Assembly (NCBI RefSeq): GCF_006345805.1
Contig: NC_042999.1
Coordinates: 18,228,001 to 18,292,000 of the forward strand
DNA length: 64,000 nt
Source: Octopus sinensis
Lineage: Eukaryota
Reading direction: 5' to 3'
Position numbers and translations under genes: made by a program. This document shows positions 26,568 to 39,181 of the stretch, in pieces (position 1 is the first letter of the stretch; each line of letters opens with the position of its first letter). A model generated the notes under the pieces. That model was not told the DNA's origin. It was given only the letters and a program-made list of their open reading frames with translations, and did no database searches.

Positions 26568-27539
26568 ATATATATATATTGATACAGGAAGACTTGTAGG
26601 CCACAGATGTGTTTACTCATCGTTTACTTGAAATCAAATTCCTGATGTGTTCAAATATGATGTTTAATAAACAAAATACGTTATTCTATCACATTAATTC
26701 ATCTTCCATTTTCTCCGTACCACGCTTATCTTTAAGTAATATTAATGCCTTTTTGTAGATGCTATCAATTCGTCAGCAAAATATACATATCCTAACATCT
26801 TAAAAAGCCTCGATTTTGTGTATCAGCAATATACACCATAGGAACAACAATTCAGTGTATAAAACATGAGTTTTCATTAATTTCGTGTGACAGAATATTT
26901 TTATAGATTTTTTCTTAGAGCACATTCAAGTGTAGCATAATATAAGCGTTTTAAATTGCTGTTTTTCTGTCGTGTAGTCACCTGATGCACTTTTATATAT
27001 TTCCTGTAATGCTCATGCATTACACTTTAGAATTGCAATTTAAAGGAAATTTAATTTGTAACAAAAATTAAATGTACTCATACAAGTGAAATGAAATAAG
27101 CATTATTTTTGTGAACGTCACGCACAATGCTAAGCCTTCACAACAACGATAATTAAGCAGTTTAAAGGGAAAAAATCGAAAGGGGAGTTTGATTGATACG
27201 AAGTAGATCACTACATACAATGTACATTAGCTGAGATCTACGAATACGATATAATGTTACCCAATCATATACAAGAGATTCTTCATATACAATAGCTAAC
27301 ATTAAATAGATTTAAATACAACGCTAAGTTTGATTTCGCTAAATTAGAATTTAACTTGATTCTAGTTCTTCCACTCACTGATACATAATTACTGTCATTA
27401 ATACATGTTCGTCTCCTTCCAAACCTAAGCTATTGTTATTTTTCTTATACAAACATGGTCTATGCCACCTAGAAATTTCCAGAAAATATCTGAAAGTATA
27501 CGACGAATAACTGTCAATCACTATAATATCATTAGACAA

Positions 27540-27772
27540 GGAGGCGAGCTGGCAGAAACGTTAGCACGCCGGGCGATATGCGTAGCCGTATTTCGTCTGG
27601 CATTACGTTCTGAGTTCAAATTCCACTCAGGACGACTTTACCTTTCATCCTTTCAGGGTCGATAAATTAAGTACCAGTTACGCACCGGGGTCTATGTAAT
27701 CGACTTTATCCGTTTGTCTGCCCTTGTTTGTCCCCTCTGTGTTTAGCACCTTGTGGGTAGTGAAGAAATACA
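27540..27772 (+). mobile_element. SINE family A, full length with 18-bp TSD
   Basis: Full head-to-tail copy; tataatatcattagacaa (27522-27539) vs tataatatcaccagacaa (27773-27790). Confidence 0.9.
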
Positions 27773-28296
27773 TATAATATCACCAGACAACTAATTATAA
27801 AAATAATTTCAAAATTAAATACTATGAATTTCAATTACAATAGATGACGCAAGATTCATAAATATTGTGTGAATTTTAAAGAATTAGCTTAATGAATGCT
27901 GAAAGAGTAACGGCATAAAAAAAACAGATATAAGAAACATTCGAATCTGTATAGTGCAGTTGTTTGACTCATTAGATGCCCATATTATAACTAACATTAT
28001 TTTGATATTCGTTTTCATAACGTAGCATTTCAATAATCAGTTTACACTGTAATATGTATTGTCAGATACACCAGGTTAAGCTTTTCATTGTGAAAGGTCG
28101 CCATAACTTACAATAAAGGAAAAAATTAAACAGGTGCATGTGTTAGATGATGAAATGCAAACGTTAAAAATGGCAGCACTTCGAGTATCGGAAATAAAAG
28201 TGATTTTCAAGATAATACTTATTTCAAATTTTGACACAAGGACAGCAATTACGCATAGCAGGTGTATCGATTAGGTTGACTCCGCTGGAAATTATT

Positions 28297-28606
28297 GTGT
28301 TGTTGCTTGTTCCTTCTCAAACCATGCCGGGCTCATAGGGCCGGTTTCCCGGTTTCCTTGGTGTATAGGTTCCCCACCAGGATGGGACGCGCCGGTCCGT
28401 CACAGGTGAGCTACAAGATGCAGGAGGAAAGAGTGAGAGAAAGTTGTGGCGAAAGAGTTAGCAGAAGTTCGCCATTACCTTCTGCCAGAGCTGCGTGGAG
28501 TTTAGGTGTTTCGCTCAAAAACACACACTGTCGCCCGGTCTGACATTCGAACCCACGATCCCTCGACTCCAACTACTGCTCCAACCACTAGACCATGTGC
28601 CTCCAC
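28297..28606 (-). mobile_element. SINE family C, full length with 10-bp TSD, nested in an older family A-related copy
   Basis: ggaaattatt at 28287-28296 and 28607-28616; the flanks ~28235-28290 and 28617-28730 rejoin into a degraded minus-strand family A-like element. Confidence 0.8.
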
Positions 28607-29359
28607 GGAAATTATTTTAATGATACCGAAATGATAAAAAGGTAAATCGACCTCAGCAGAATTCGAACTGTTGAAATAACGCTTAGTTTTCTGACCGGCA
28701 CACTAACAATTCTGCGAGCTCGCTAATGTGATGATTTGAGGGTTATATTTATAACTAAACACCGCAATGTTTGGTGGTAGGTATATGGTGAAAAAATGTT
28801 GCTTAGATTCATAATTAACCCCTTGCTTGTTTGTAAGGACTAACGTTTTGCTGGTGAGAATTAATCGATGACTTTGCCCACACTTGAGTGTTACTTTATT
28901 TTGTTGACTACAGATGGATGAAAAACAGCTAACTGCCACGGAATTTGAATCCGGGTATAAGTATTCAAAACAAATATATGAAATTATTTCCGAGTCTCTA
29001 ATGAATTTCGCTGAATTTATTTAAATTCTATAATGACAACCAGTTCTTATGCAAAAGAGGACAAGCAACGTTTACTTGAGTAAAATTATTATCCTTAGAT
29101 ATACTGCAATAAATGTATTTGCGGAAGAATATATCTACAAGTTTTTCGATGAATTTCCTCATATATTTTATATCATGTATTTGAAATGCACCGGCGTATC
29201 GTCTAGGGAGGTATACATATACGCCAAAGAAACCGGGAAATCTGTTATATCCTCTTTACAGAGCAATGGGAACTATGAATTTCTTGATTAAGCCTCATGT
29301 AGAACTTAAAATCTCAAAAATATTATCGACGCAATATCAGGGCGGGACAGTATACTTTT

Positions 29360-29645
29360 CTACTATTGGCACAAGGCCCGAAATTTTGGGGGAGGTGGAG
29401 GCCAGTCGATTAGATCAAGCTAATATTATATTTAGTAATATTAAAATAATAGTTTGTACTATAAGCACAAGTCCCAAAATTATGGGGGAAGAGCCCAGCC
29501 GATTAGATCGACCCCAGTACGCAACTTGTACTTAATTTTATCGACTACAAAAGGATGACAGGCAAAGTCGAACTCGGCGAAATCTGAACTCAACGTAAAG
29601 AGAGACGAAATACGGCTAAGTGTTTCACACGGCGTGGTAAAGTTT
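29360..29645 (-). mobile_element. SINE family A variant with alternative tail (type 2), plus a separate tail fragment
   Basis: Same core (cctttcatcc...gtcgataaaattaagtac) but tail reads ...tcccccataattttgggacttgtgcttat; tail fragment repeated at ~29360-29420. Confidence 0.75.
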
Positions 29646-30186
29646 CTATTTCTTTACTGCCAATAAGGGGCGGCTACACACAGAGGGGACAAACCAGGAC
29701 AGACAAACGGATGAAAGGCAAAGTCTAACTCGGCGGAATTTGAACTCAGAACGTAACGGCAGACGAAATACCTATTTCTTTACTATCCACAATGGGCTAA
29801 ACACAGAGAGGAGAAACAAGGACAGACAAACGGATTAAGTCGATTATATCGATTCCAGTGCGTAACTGGTACTTATTTCATCGACCCCGAAAGAATGAAA
29901 GGCAAAGTCGACCTCGGCAGAATTTGAACTCAGAACATAACGGCAGATTAAATACTTATTTCTTTACTATCCACAAGGGGCTAAACAGAGAGGGGAAACA
30001 AGGACAGACAAACGAATTAAGTCGATTACATCGACACCATTGCGTAACTGATACTTATTTAATCGACCCCGAAAGGATGAAAGGCAAAGTCGACCTTGGC
30101 GAAATTTGAACTCAGAACGTAGCGGCAGACGAAACACCGCAAAGCATTTCGCCCGGCGTGCTAATGCTTCAGCCTGTTCGCCGCCT
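29646..30186 (-). mobile_element. SINE family A tandem array (one head, three body units)
   Basis: Head at 30186; units ~30186-29955, 29954-29772 and 29771-29646 (the last has an internal deletion at ggat microhomology). Confidence 0.9.
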
Positions 30187-30717
30187 TTCAAGGTGGGATA
30201 ATATACTACAAGGAAATTTATATCACATGTATAAGTGGGTTGTGAAAAAGCAGCTTAGACATATCGCATGTGTGGAACTGCAATGTTAAAAATACTCTTA
30301 AGTTTCAGGACTATATCAGTTTAGCTGATGACGGTTATTTTGTCGATAATTGTCGCAACAAAAGCATCTGTATATTTGCTTCACATCTTGCCTCGTTAAT
30401 GTTAGATAACTGAACCAAAATATTAAGAAGGGCATTGTTCTGTTTCCGTCAACCCCGTGTGAGATTAGAAAAAAAAATATTATGTCATTATGAAATAGTT
30501 AAGTGACCTCTTAAGTTAATTAACTTTACAGGCTCCTAAACTATAAAAGGAAACAGCAAACGTCGAAAATGCAAGCAGCTTTTCATACCATTAATGCAAA
30601 CCGAATGCAACCATTAATTTAACGAGAGTTAATTATATGCTGTGTTGATCACGGAATGTGCAAGTTTAATACATACAACTACAAAGGACTGAAGATTACG
30701 TATTTTTCAAATTTTAT

Positions 30718-30783
30718 TATATATGTATATGTATAAATATATATACATATATATATATATATATGTATGTATATATACATATA

Positions 30784-30837
<54 letters not shown>

Positions 30838-30849
30838 GTATATATATAC

Positions 30850-30917
<68 letters not shown>

Positions 30918-30932
30918 ATATATATATATATG

Positions 30933-30987
<55 letters not shown>
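30718..30987. repeat. (TA)n array
   Basis: Direct reading. Confidence 0.95.
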
Positions 30988-30990
<3 letters not shown>

Positions 30991-31186
30991 TCATTATTCA
31001 CTTGATTATTAGTTAATATAAAATTTTGAGTTCAAAGAATTTAACTGTTCAACAATGGCCAAGTTAAGTTTCGTTGAAAGTTTGGCTACGATAAGCTTTA
31101 AATTGACATATTTTCCTGTATCTACAGTATATCCCATTTACTAACACACTTACCTTCACACCTTAATTACAAGTATATATATATAT

Positions 31187-31225
<39 letters not shown>

Positions 31226-31293
31226 TATATATATATATATGCATACATACATTCATATATATATATGTATGTGTGTGTATGTATATATATATA

Positions 31294-31325
<32 letters not shown>

Positions 31326-32149
31326 GCGCACAGAGAGAGAGAGAGAGAGAAATAGAGAGAGATAATTTATTGTATAATTTATTGCGGAGATCTGGAGAAA
31401 TAAGTAGAAATGTGAACATAACTTAGTAAAATACCAATGACCACATAGTGGTGAGAAAAGGGATTAGAGTTTTGGAAAGTTCTTTGTTCCAGTGAATGTA
31501 ACTGAAATATTCATATATGTGAGCGTGTGCGTATCTGTGTGTGTGTTTGTGTGTGTACGAAAAAAGATGCGTCAAACTCGAGTGAAACATGTCTGGTTAT
31601 ACCTTTTCTTTGGGGATGTAAAGCTTATACTTCACAATTCTGTTCAGCATGTTTACTTTTGTAATAAGGTGTGCTAATTTATGCGCCTAAGCTTTCACTT
31701 CCTGGGGTCGTAATGGTTGGCAAAGCAATGTAAGTAGTCAAATTCCGAACAGCATCTCTGAATCAATCTTTTTCTGCCAAAAATTCAAAACACTAAATTA
31801 TGTCCATACAGTAGTTTGATCTCATGTCTAAACATAAAAATATAACACCACTGGTTATTTCACCCTTGCTTTTATCGCAAACTACACCCGTCAAACTCCA
31901 TCTTGCCAAACGTCGAAATTTTTGAATGACTTGTATAAAACTTAACTCCTAGAGAGGGGTTCTGCTCCAGCCAAACTGTGAACCTACTTTCATACTTGTG
32001 TGAACTTTAATGCATGAATAAATATAAAAATTATTTACCAATAACATGATATTCTTGTATGGTATTATTGATATAATACAAATTGAGGTGATTATAATCA
32101 AAATAAGCAACAATAAGGATATCGTTGGATATCATTGTTGCTTATTTTG

Positions 32150-32191
<42 letters not shown>

Positions 32192-32213
32192 ATATATATT
32201 ATATATATATATA

Positions 32214-32265
<52 letters not shown>

Positions 32266-32385
32266 GTATATATGTATCTATATATATATATGTATATGTA
32301 TATGTATATATATATATTATATATATTTATATGCATATGTATATATGTATATGTATATATATATCTGTTTCTATATATCTATCTA

Positions 32386-32444
<59 letters not shown>

Positions 32445-32460
32445 TATATATACATATATC

Positions 32461-33053
32461 GTGTTTAGAGTGATCACTCGAAATGTCGACGTTATTCCTC
32501 ATTCTGCTTCCCACAGGGCTTCAGACTCAACAGCTATGTCATATGTCTAGAGGAGGCAGTGGTGCCTTGGATCAACAAGGTGGCTGCTGGAAGACCATAT
32601 GCCTAGCAAGAGGACTCTAATAGGACTCTGCAACATGCCACCCAAGCAGGAAAACCCGGCCATGGCTGTCAGACAATTTTTGCGACCACATCAGGCCTAA
32701 CATCTAGCTAGCTAACTGCCCAGGCTGCAAACCCTTGATTATTACGTGCACAGGGCCGTTGAGGAAGAGACCAACGAAACTATTTGTAAAAGCAAAGATG
32801 AACTGAATGATAATATTACGGCAACATTCGCCAAATTAACTGAGAAGACCATCCAGAAGAGTAGCAGATTCCAAAATGGTCCGGCGGTCATGGCTTAAAC
32901 AAATGGCGATTTTATTGAATAACTGGTTTCGTGAATAGTTTAAGATAATTATAATTCTATGTTAAGTTTGGAAATACATGTGTTAAGATGAGATGTCAGT
33001 GTTATTTTCATATTTGTGTAATGTAGACGACAGTTTATTCACTGTAACCTGTA
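32461..33053 (+). mobile_element. Tc1/mariner (maT/DD37D-like) transposase 3' half with right end, degraded
   Basis: Homologous at DNA level to 60423-61090; encodes remnants of VFRVIT, GRPYA*Q.DSA, FCDHIRPNI*..N.P.CKPLDYY; ends in ...cactgtaacctgTA. Confidence 0.75.
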
Positions 33054-33141
33054 TAAACATACACATATGCATATCTAACTATCTATCTATCTATCAATCT
33101 ATCTATCTATAAATTTATCTATTAAATTTACATATTAATAT

Positions 33142-33183
<42 letters not shown>

Positions 33184-33229
33184 TATATATACATGTGTGT
33201 ATATATATATATGTATATATATATATGTT

Positions 33230-33264
<35 letters not shown>

Positions 33265-34806
33265 TTACAAGCTCTTTGTGCATATCTGTATGCGTATTTG
33301 TGTGTATATACATATTCTTAAACAGATAATCAGAGTACTCTCAATATTGACTGTGTGCTATCTGATTATTATTTTCATATTAAGAACAAGATTAAAACGG
33401 TGGATAATATGACAAAAGAACATGATATATACTTATCTTTGGCACAATTTTCTACCGAGTGTATTTGTCTGTTTGCCTACATTCATTACTTTCTGTTAAA
33501 AGATTAAATCTAAATTCATCAACAGAATCATGGTTTGGCAAAAGACATTCATCGATTAGAAATATCTAGTTTGCCATAAAAAAATTAAAAGCATTATAAA
33601 CTGAAATAGATACAATAATATTAAAAGGAAAATCAACGATGGCATAGCCAATATTAATAAAACTATTTGTATTCGTTATTTATATCACAATAATTAATAA
33701 TATTTACTCATGATTCGCCAAGTGCTCCTAACTTTCCGCTCTGACTTTGTACGTTTGAAATTGTTTCAAATAATATCGTATATATTCGAATATAATCTAA
33801 TCAGTAGACACACCATCTCTCATAACAGAGCCATGCACATACGTGAACACATATGATGAAAAAACAAACGAAAGAATAAGTGCCTATATTAACAAATGCG
33901 TATGTATATAATTAGACACAGACACTGACATATGCGTTAATATACACATATGTGTCTATATACGCATGTAGATATATACAAACGCATATATGTTCTAACA
34001 TATATTTATATATGTGCGTGCGTTTAGATGCACAGACTCTCGCAAACTCAAATGCAAACGCGTACATATTTAATATCATTTTGATATAAAGTGCATTCAA
34101 TTGCTCCTTTATGATTATCAACTACCATGTGTTATCACAAAGGAAGAATAGTCCTTTTTCTGGATATAAATGATTAAATCTCTTAGTGTATGAAGATTTC
34201 ATGCAAAAAGTATATAATAAAAGAGGATGCAATGAAGAAGTTTTAATCCAATCCCCAACAATTGTGTCTGGGCATTAGCATCAGCTCTTAATTCCTGAGT
34301 ACTTCAGATATTATAGATGATATTATATAAATATTACATAAACATAATCCAGCTGTGTACATTCGCCTCGTCAGATGAGTCTCTTTTAAAGCATTGCTGG
34401 TTCACATCTACTTTTCTATTGCTTGATATATGTATAAAAATGGGAAACCCCAGATGATCCTGCAGGTCTCTCAAAGCCACTCACCTGATGACATGCGTTC
34501 CGACAGTTATCCCTTGTAGCATATTTATGTAAGATTTATATAATAATATGTATAATGAGTGAAACACTCAGCACCTAACAGCTTATACCATTGCACACAA
34601 ACTATTGCCATTTGGATTAAAGCCTGTTCAATCCATCTTTTAATGTACTTGTATAACACAACACAAACCTAAACTATGAGAATGAGAAACAAGCTTCTTA
34701 CCAAACCACGGCACATGTGGCTCTATAAATGTGTTCATCTATTATGTATGTATGCACTTAAGTACGTATAGTATAGACGGATGGATATGTATGATTTCAG
34801 AATATA

Positions 34807-35040
34807 TATTTTTTTACTATCCACAAGAGGCTAAACGCAGAGGGAACAAACAAGGACAGACAAGCGGATTGAGTCGATTACATCTACTCCAGTGCGTAAC
34901 TGATACTTAATTTATCGACTCCGAAAGGATGAAAGGCAAAGTCGACCTCGGCGGAATTTAAACTCGGAACGTAACGGCAGACGAAATACAGCTAAGCATT
35001 TCGCCCGACGTGTTAACGTTTCTGCCAGCTTGCTGCCTTT
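34807..35040 (-). mobile_element. SINE family A, full length
   Basis: Complete head-to-tail copy; possible TSD agaatata (34799-34806, 35042-35049). Confidence 0.9.
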
Positions 35041-35059
35041 TAGAATATAATCTCATAGA

Positions 35060-35440
35060 AATGCTGATGGGATTCATATTTCAATGTACGCTCGGTTTCT
35101 TTTCGCAATGCCAGTGAAAGTAGTATCCACTGGCTCCAATATCAGAAAATTCAGATCATGTCTAAGGATTTGGTAATAATACACTTCAGTGATCGAAAAT
35201 GCTGAAATCATCGATCGTTCCCGCAAGCCGCTGCATCGACGATCTTCCGTGTCTCTCCAAATTCGAGTCTGTCTTTAAGCAGCGCACATTCATAACACAT
35301 AAGTTATATCTGCCTGGTCATGTCCTTCAGTGGAGAAAAATTTAATGATGCGTCTATTTCAGCAACCCTTGTTAAACCAAGCTCTTCTCAGTATGGAACT
35401 TTCTCTTGTTTATCTGCAAATTGTAGACCCAACAAACTCT
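35060..35440 (-). pseudogene. Possible highly decayed mariner transposase N-terminal fragment
   Basis: Minus strand NRRIIKFFSTEGHDQADITYVL resembles the mariner N-terminal xQRAVIKFL..EG helix, and ILRHDLNF..GA(R)W resembles the region before WVPHEL. Similarity judged by eye only. Confidence 0.35.
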
Positions 35441-35578
35441 TATAAATGTTGTATACTCTTAGACTCTTATACATTTTCTTTCCATCTCCTCTTATACATT
35501 TCCTATCCATCTCCTCACATGGTTATTACTTGAAGGAGTGAAAGCGCTTACAGATATATGTGAGTCAGCATTACTATA

Positions 35579-35897
35579 AGGAGTCGCAATGGGCCAGTGG
35601 TAGGGCAGCGGACTCACGGTCGGAGGATCGCAGTTTCGATTCCCAGACCGGGCGTTGTGTGTGTTTATTGAGCGAAAACACCTAAAATCTCCACGAGGCT
35701 CTGGGAGCGGGTTGTGGCGACCCCTGTTGTACTCTTTCGCCACAAATTTCTCTCACTTTCCCTTACTGTTTCTTGAGTAACGCTGCGATGGACTGGCGGC
35801 CCGTCCAGCTGAGGGGGAACACATACTCTACAGAAACTGGGAAACCGGGCCTATGAGCCTGGCTAGGCTTGAAAACGGCGACGAAGGACGAAGGAAG
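35579..35897 (+). mobile_element. SINE family C, full length with 11-bp TSD
   Basis: tRNA-Arg-like head; TSD gcattactata at 35568-35578 and 35898-35908; short (GAAG)-type tail. Confidence 0.9.
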
Positions 35898-36526
35898 GCA
35901 TTACTATATACATTGTTATCTATATTTATGAATGGCAAATCTGTGAGTTTATCTTTGTCTGTATTTTCAATGTCGTTTCTGTTATTACTTTGAATTAACA
36001 GCGTATTCCTATTAGTTCAAACGTGGATGTTATTTCTGCAGCAATTTCAGACGGATATCGGTTCTACAACGAATTCTGTTTATTAGTTTTTCGCTTAGTA
36101 AACACGTTGGTGAATAAACGAAATGCATGAAGTGTTTCATAGTTTATTAATCTTTGATTCCATGTAATGCAGCCGCACATATATATCGATCAGCATCTGC
36201 TAACAGATCTTTTAACACCCACATTCGTAACGATAGCCTGAGAATGATTAATATCTGGTTGTAAATTTGTTAACCGCAACTTCACCAAGGAGAAACGCAA
36301 GTAGGTGAATTGCAATCCGGATATTTATTCCTACGCAACCGATGCGTTATGCCTCTCTACTAACACTCCTCGTTCCATCTCCCCCAACCTTGAGGGACAA
36401 CTCAATTTGTACTCACTTCAGTTTATCGACATAACGATAATACTCATTCCTGCAGCGGTTCTCCATTAGTCGACATAGGAATAATGAGTCTGATATACAT
36501 TTAACTTGACTTACTCTTTGGGTTAC

Positions 36527-37080
36527 TATTGGGCTGTCCGGAAAGTTCGTGCCGATATTTAAAGGAAAGAAAAAAGGTCTATAATTACTTGCTATTACAT
36601 TGAAACATTTGGTTGCACAATGCGTCTCCATATTTCCTTTAACTTCAAAATACCCTCTTCCCAGAATTGAGGTGGTTTCATAGCAAAGAATTCATCAAGG
36701 TATCTTTTTACGTCATCCAAGGAATTGAAATTTTTTAAATTAAGACTATTCTGCAGAGACCTGAATAAGTGAAAATCCGAAGGAGCAATATCTGCTGAAT
36801 ATGGAGGGTGGGGTAACACATCCCAGCTGAGCTGCAGCAATTTTTGTCTGGTTCTCAAAGCATCAAGTGCCGAAAATGAACTTTCTTTTCTTCCATTTTA
36901 AAGGATTAAAAATTAAAACAGGTTATAGGAACATAAATCTTCTTCAAAGAAAAGATAGCTTAAACTGTGCTCTAATTGGAGGTGTAGTCAAATTCAATTT
37001 TTGTGGTCTCAACCATGTTCTAAAATAAGTCGAAATGTACGCCACTATAAATCGGCACAAACTTTCCGGACAACCCAATA
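36527..37080 (-). mobile_element. Internally deleted mariner transposon with both TIRs and TA duplication
   Basis: TIRs ttgggctgtccggaaagttcgtgccgat and the reverse complement of atcggcacaaactttccggacaacccaa (2 mismatches in 28), TA on both sides. Minus strand encodes MEEKKVHFRHLML joined to RTRQKLLQLSWDVLPHPPYSADIAPSDFHLFRSLQN (YSPDLAPSD motif). Confidence 0.95.
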
Positions 37081-37487
37081 CATTGTTGTTTTCCTATTGG
37101 GATGATACTGTTCTAATTCTTATTCTTCCTCACGTATGATTTACGCTGATGTTGCTGTTGTCTCTGGAATAATCATGCCCGCCAAAATTGTTGATATCCC
37201 AGCTTATCTTACTGGTTAAAATAGTGGCGGCAATATTTCAGCTAAGCTAATTTGTTGTAAACCTCTCTTTTTGTATGATTTGTCGATAGTACAACTGAGA
37301 TAATTCCAGGTTTTTTTTTTCTATTTTACGATACTTTGCAATTATGATTGTTGTAATCATGATCTCAGTAGCTTCAACTTCTGTGACGTCATTACTGTGG
37401 TTTTCGTAGATATGAAACTCTGTGTGTTGATGACTGGCCATCGTTGATATGAAACTAATATCGGTGAAAGTATTACAGTTTTAATCC

Positions 37488-37700
37488 CTTTTCTTTTACT
37501 TGTTGCAGTCATTTGACTGCGGCCATGCTGGAGCACCGCCTTTAGTGGAGCAAATCGACCCCAGGACTTATTCTTTCTAAGTCGAGTACTTATTATATCG
37601 GGCTCTTTTGCCAAACCGCTAGGTTGCGGGGACGTAAACATACAACCATCGGTTGTCAAGCGATGTTTGGGGGGGGACAAACAAAGGCACACAAACATAT
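37488..37700 (-). mobile_element. SINE family B 3' half
   Basis: Matches 62044-62240; followed by (CA)/(TA) run; head absent. Confidence 0.85.
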
Positions 37701-37758
37701 ACACACACATACATACATAATACATACACACACACACACATATATATATATATATGTA

Positions 37759-37792
<34 letters not shown>

Positions 37793-37795
<3 letters not shown>

Positions 37796-38025
37796 TGTGC
37801 TCACGTGACCGTCCAGACCATCACATGTTGCTACACATCGCTGGTCACAATGCGTTTGCAATGTTTTAGCCTTCGAATGACGCCACACCGAGCAGGCGAA
37901 CAGAAGAAAGAGTGAGAGAAAGAGTTGTGAAAGAGTACAGCAGGGATCACTACCAACTGCCGGAGCTTCGTGGAGCTTTTAGGTGTTTTCGCTCAATAAA
38001 CACTCACAACGCACACTTCGGAAAC
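37793..38025 (-). mobile_element. SINE with family C body but a different 3' tail
   Basis: Shares ttgtgagtgtttattgagcgaaaacacctaaaagctccacga...actctttc with family C; tail reads ...cattcgaaggctaaaacattgcaaacgcattgtgaccagcgatgtgtagcaacatgtgatggtctggacggtcacgtga. Confidence 0.7.
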
Positions 38026-38830
38026 ATGGCACTCAAGATCAAAAATATAAGTACCGTGGTTGTGTTGCGAACTATGCGGAACGTAAACACCACATGTTGT
38101 TTACAGAGAAGCTAAGAGAGGTAAGTACAACAGAAGCAAGAGTAACGAAACAATAACAAAATTAATAAAGACAGAATTACTACAACGAGAAGAAATGCAT
38201 AAATGAAATAAATCATATTGTACTTCATAACATCGATACGATGCGGATATCTGAAAAGATTTTCGAAAGAAGAACATATCTTTAGTTTGCCTCTATATCA
38301 GTAATATATTTTGTAATGAAGGAACCAAACCAAAGTATTGGAAAACTTTTAACGTATTACTGATGAATAAAGAACAACATTAACGTATATGGATACGCAT
38401 TACATGAAATAGTGATTATTCTACATATGTCTACATATCTATGCTTATATGTATATATATATTTACACACAAATATAAACACTCACATATGTATATACGT
38501 TTACAAATGTTTAGTAAGATATCAGTAAACCGATACAACCAGAGATGAGTATTATTTATGCACTATGGAAAAAAGGTTATGCGGTACGAGCTGTAAGATT
38601 AACAATACCATTCAATATATATTAAAACATTTTTCGAAAAATAAATATATATTAACTTATTCATCGTCTCTATAGTACTACGTACGTGATGCATCAGGCA
38701 TATATGTAAAAATCTGTATAAGCCCATGCACATACTTATCCATATTATATATCTATGTCTATCAATCTATTTATCTGTTATTTATCTATCTATATCTCTA
38801 TTTGTATCTCTCTCTCATTGTATCCATTTA

Positions 38831-38871
<41 letters not shown>

Positions 38872-38889
38872 TACACACACACACACACA

Positions 38890-38920
<31 letters not shown>

Positions 38921-38939
38921 GCATATCGCTAGGCACTAC

Positions 38940-39112
38940 ACATTCTTTATTTTCTCTTGTTGTTTCTTTCTGTGTTCCTTTCTGTGGAAGAGCATAGGCT
39001 CGAAATGTTAAAAATGTTTTCCCTTCCCGAGCGCTATGCTAATACATCTATTTGTTCTCTACACCACCTGTCTTCGTCTTTTGTTTCTTTTTTTTTGGTG
39101 AATTCTCCCTAT
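38940..39112 (+). mobile_element. Copy of the pseudo-LTR-like repeat with a variant hammerhead motif at 38979-39012
   Basis: ttt-CTGTGGA-A-GAGC atag GCTC-GAAAT-GTT-aaa; homologous to 3583-3750 (opposite orientation). Confidence 0.65.

Positions 39113-39181
<69 letters not shown>

Noticed and set aside
30320-30365. CTGATGA plus hairpin as a hammerhead
   Set aside because: Second half reads GCAAC rather than GAAAC and no cleavage triplet or stem I follows; at best a dead relic.
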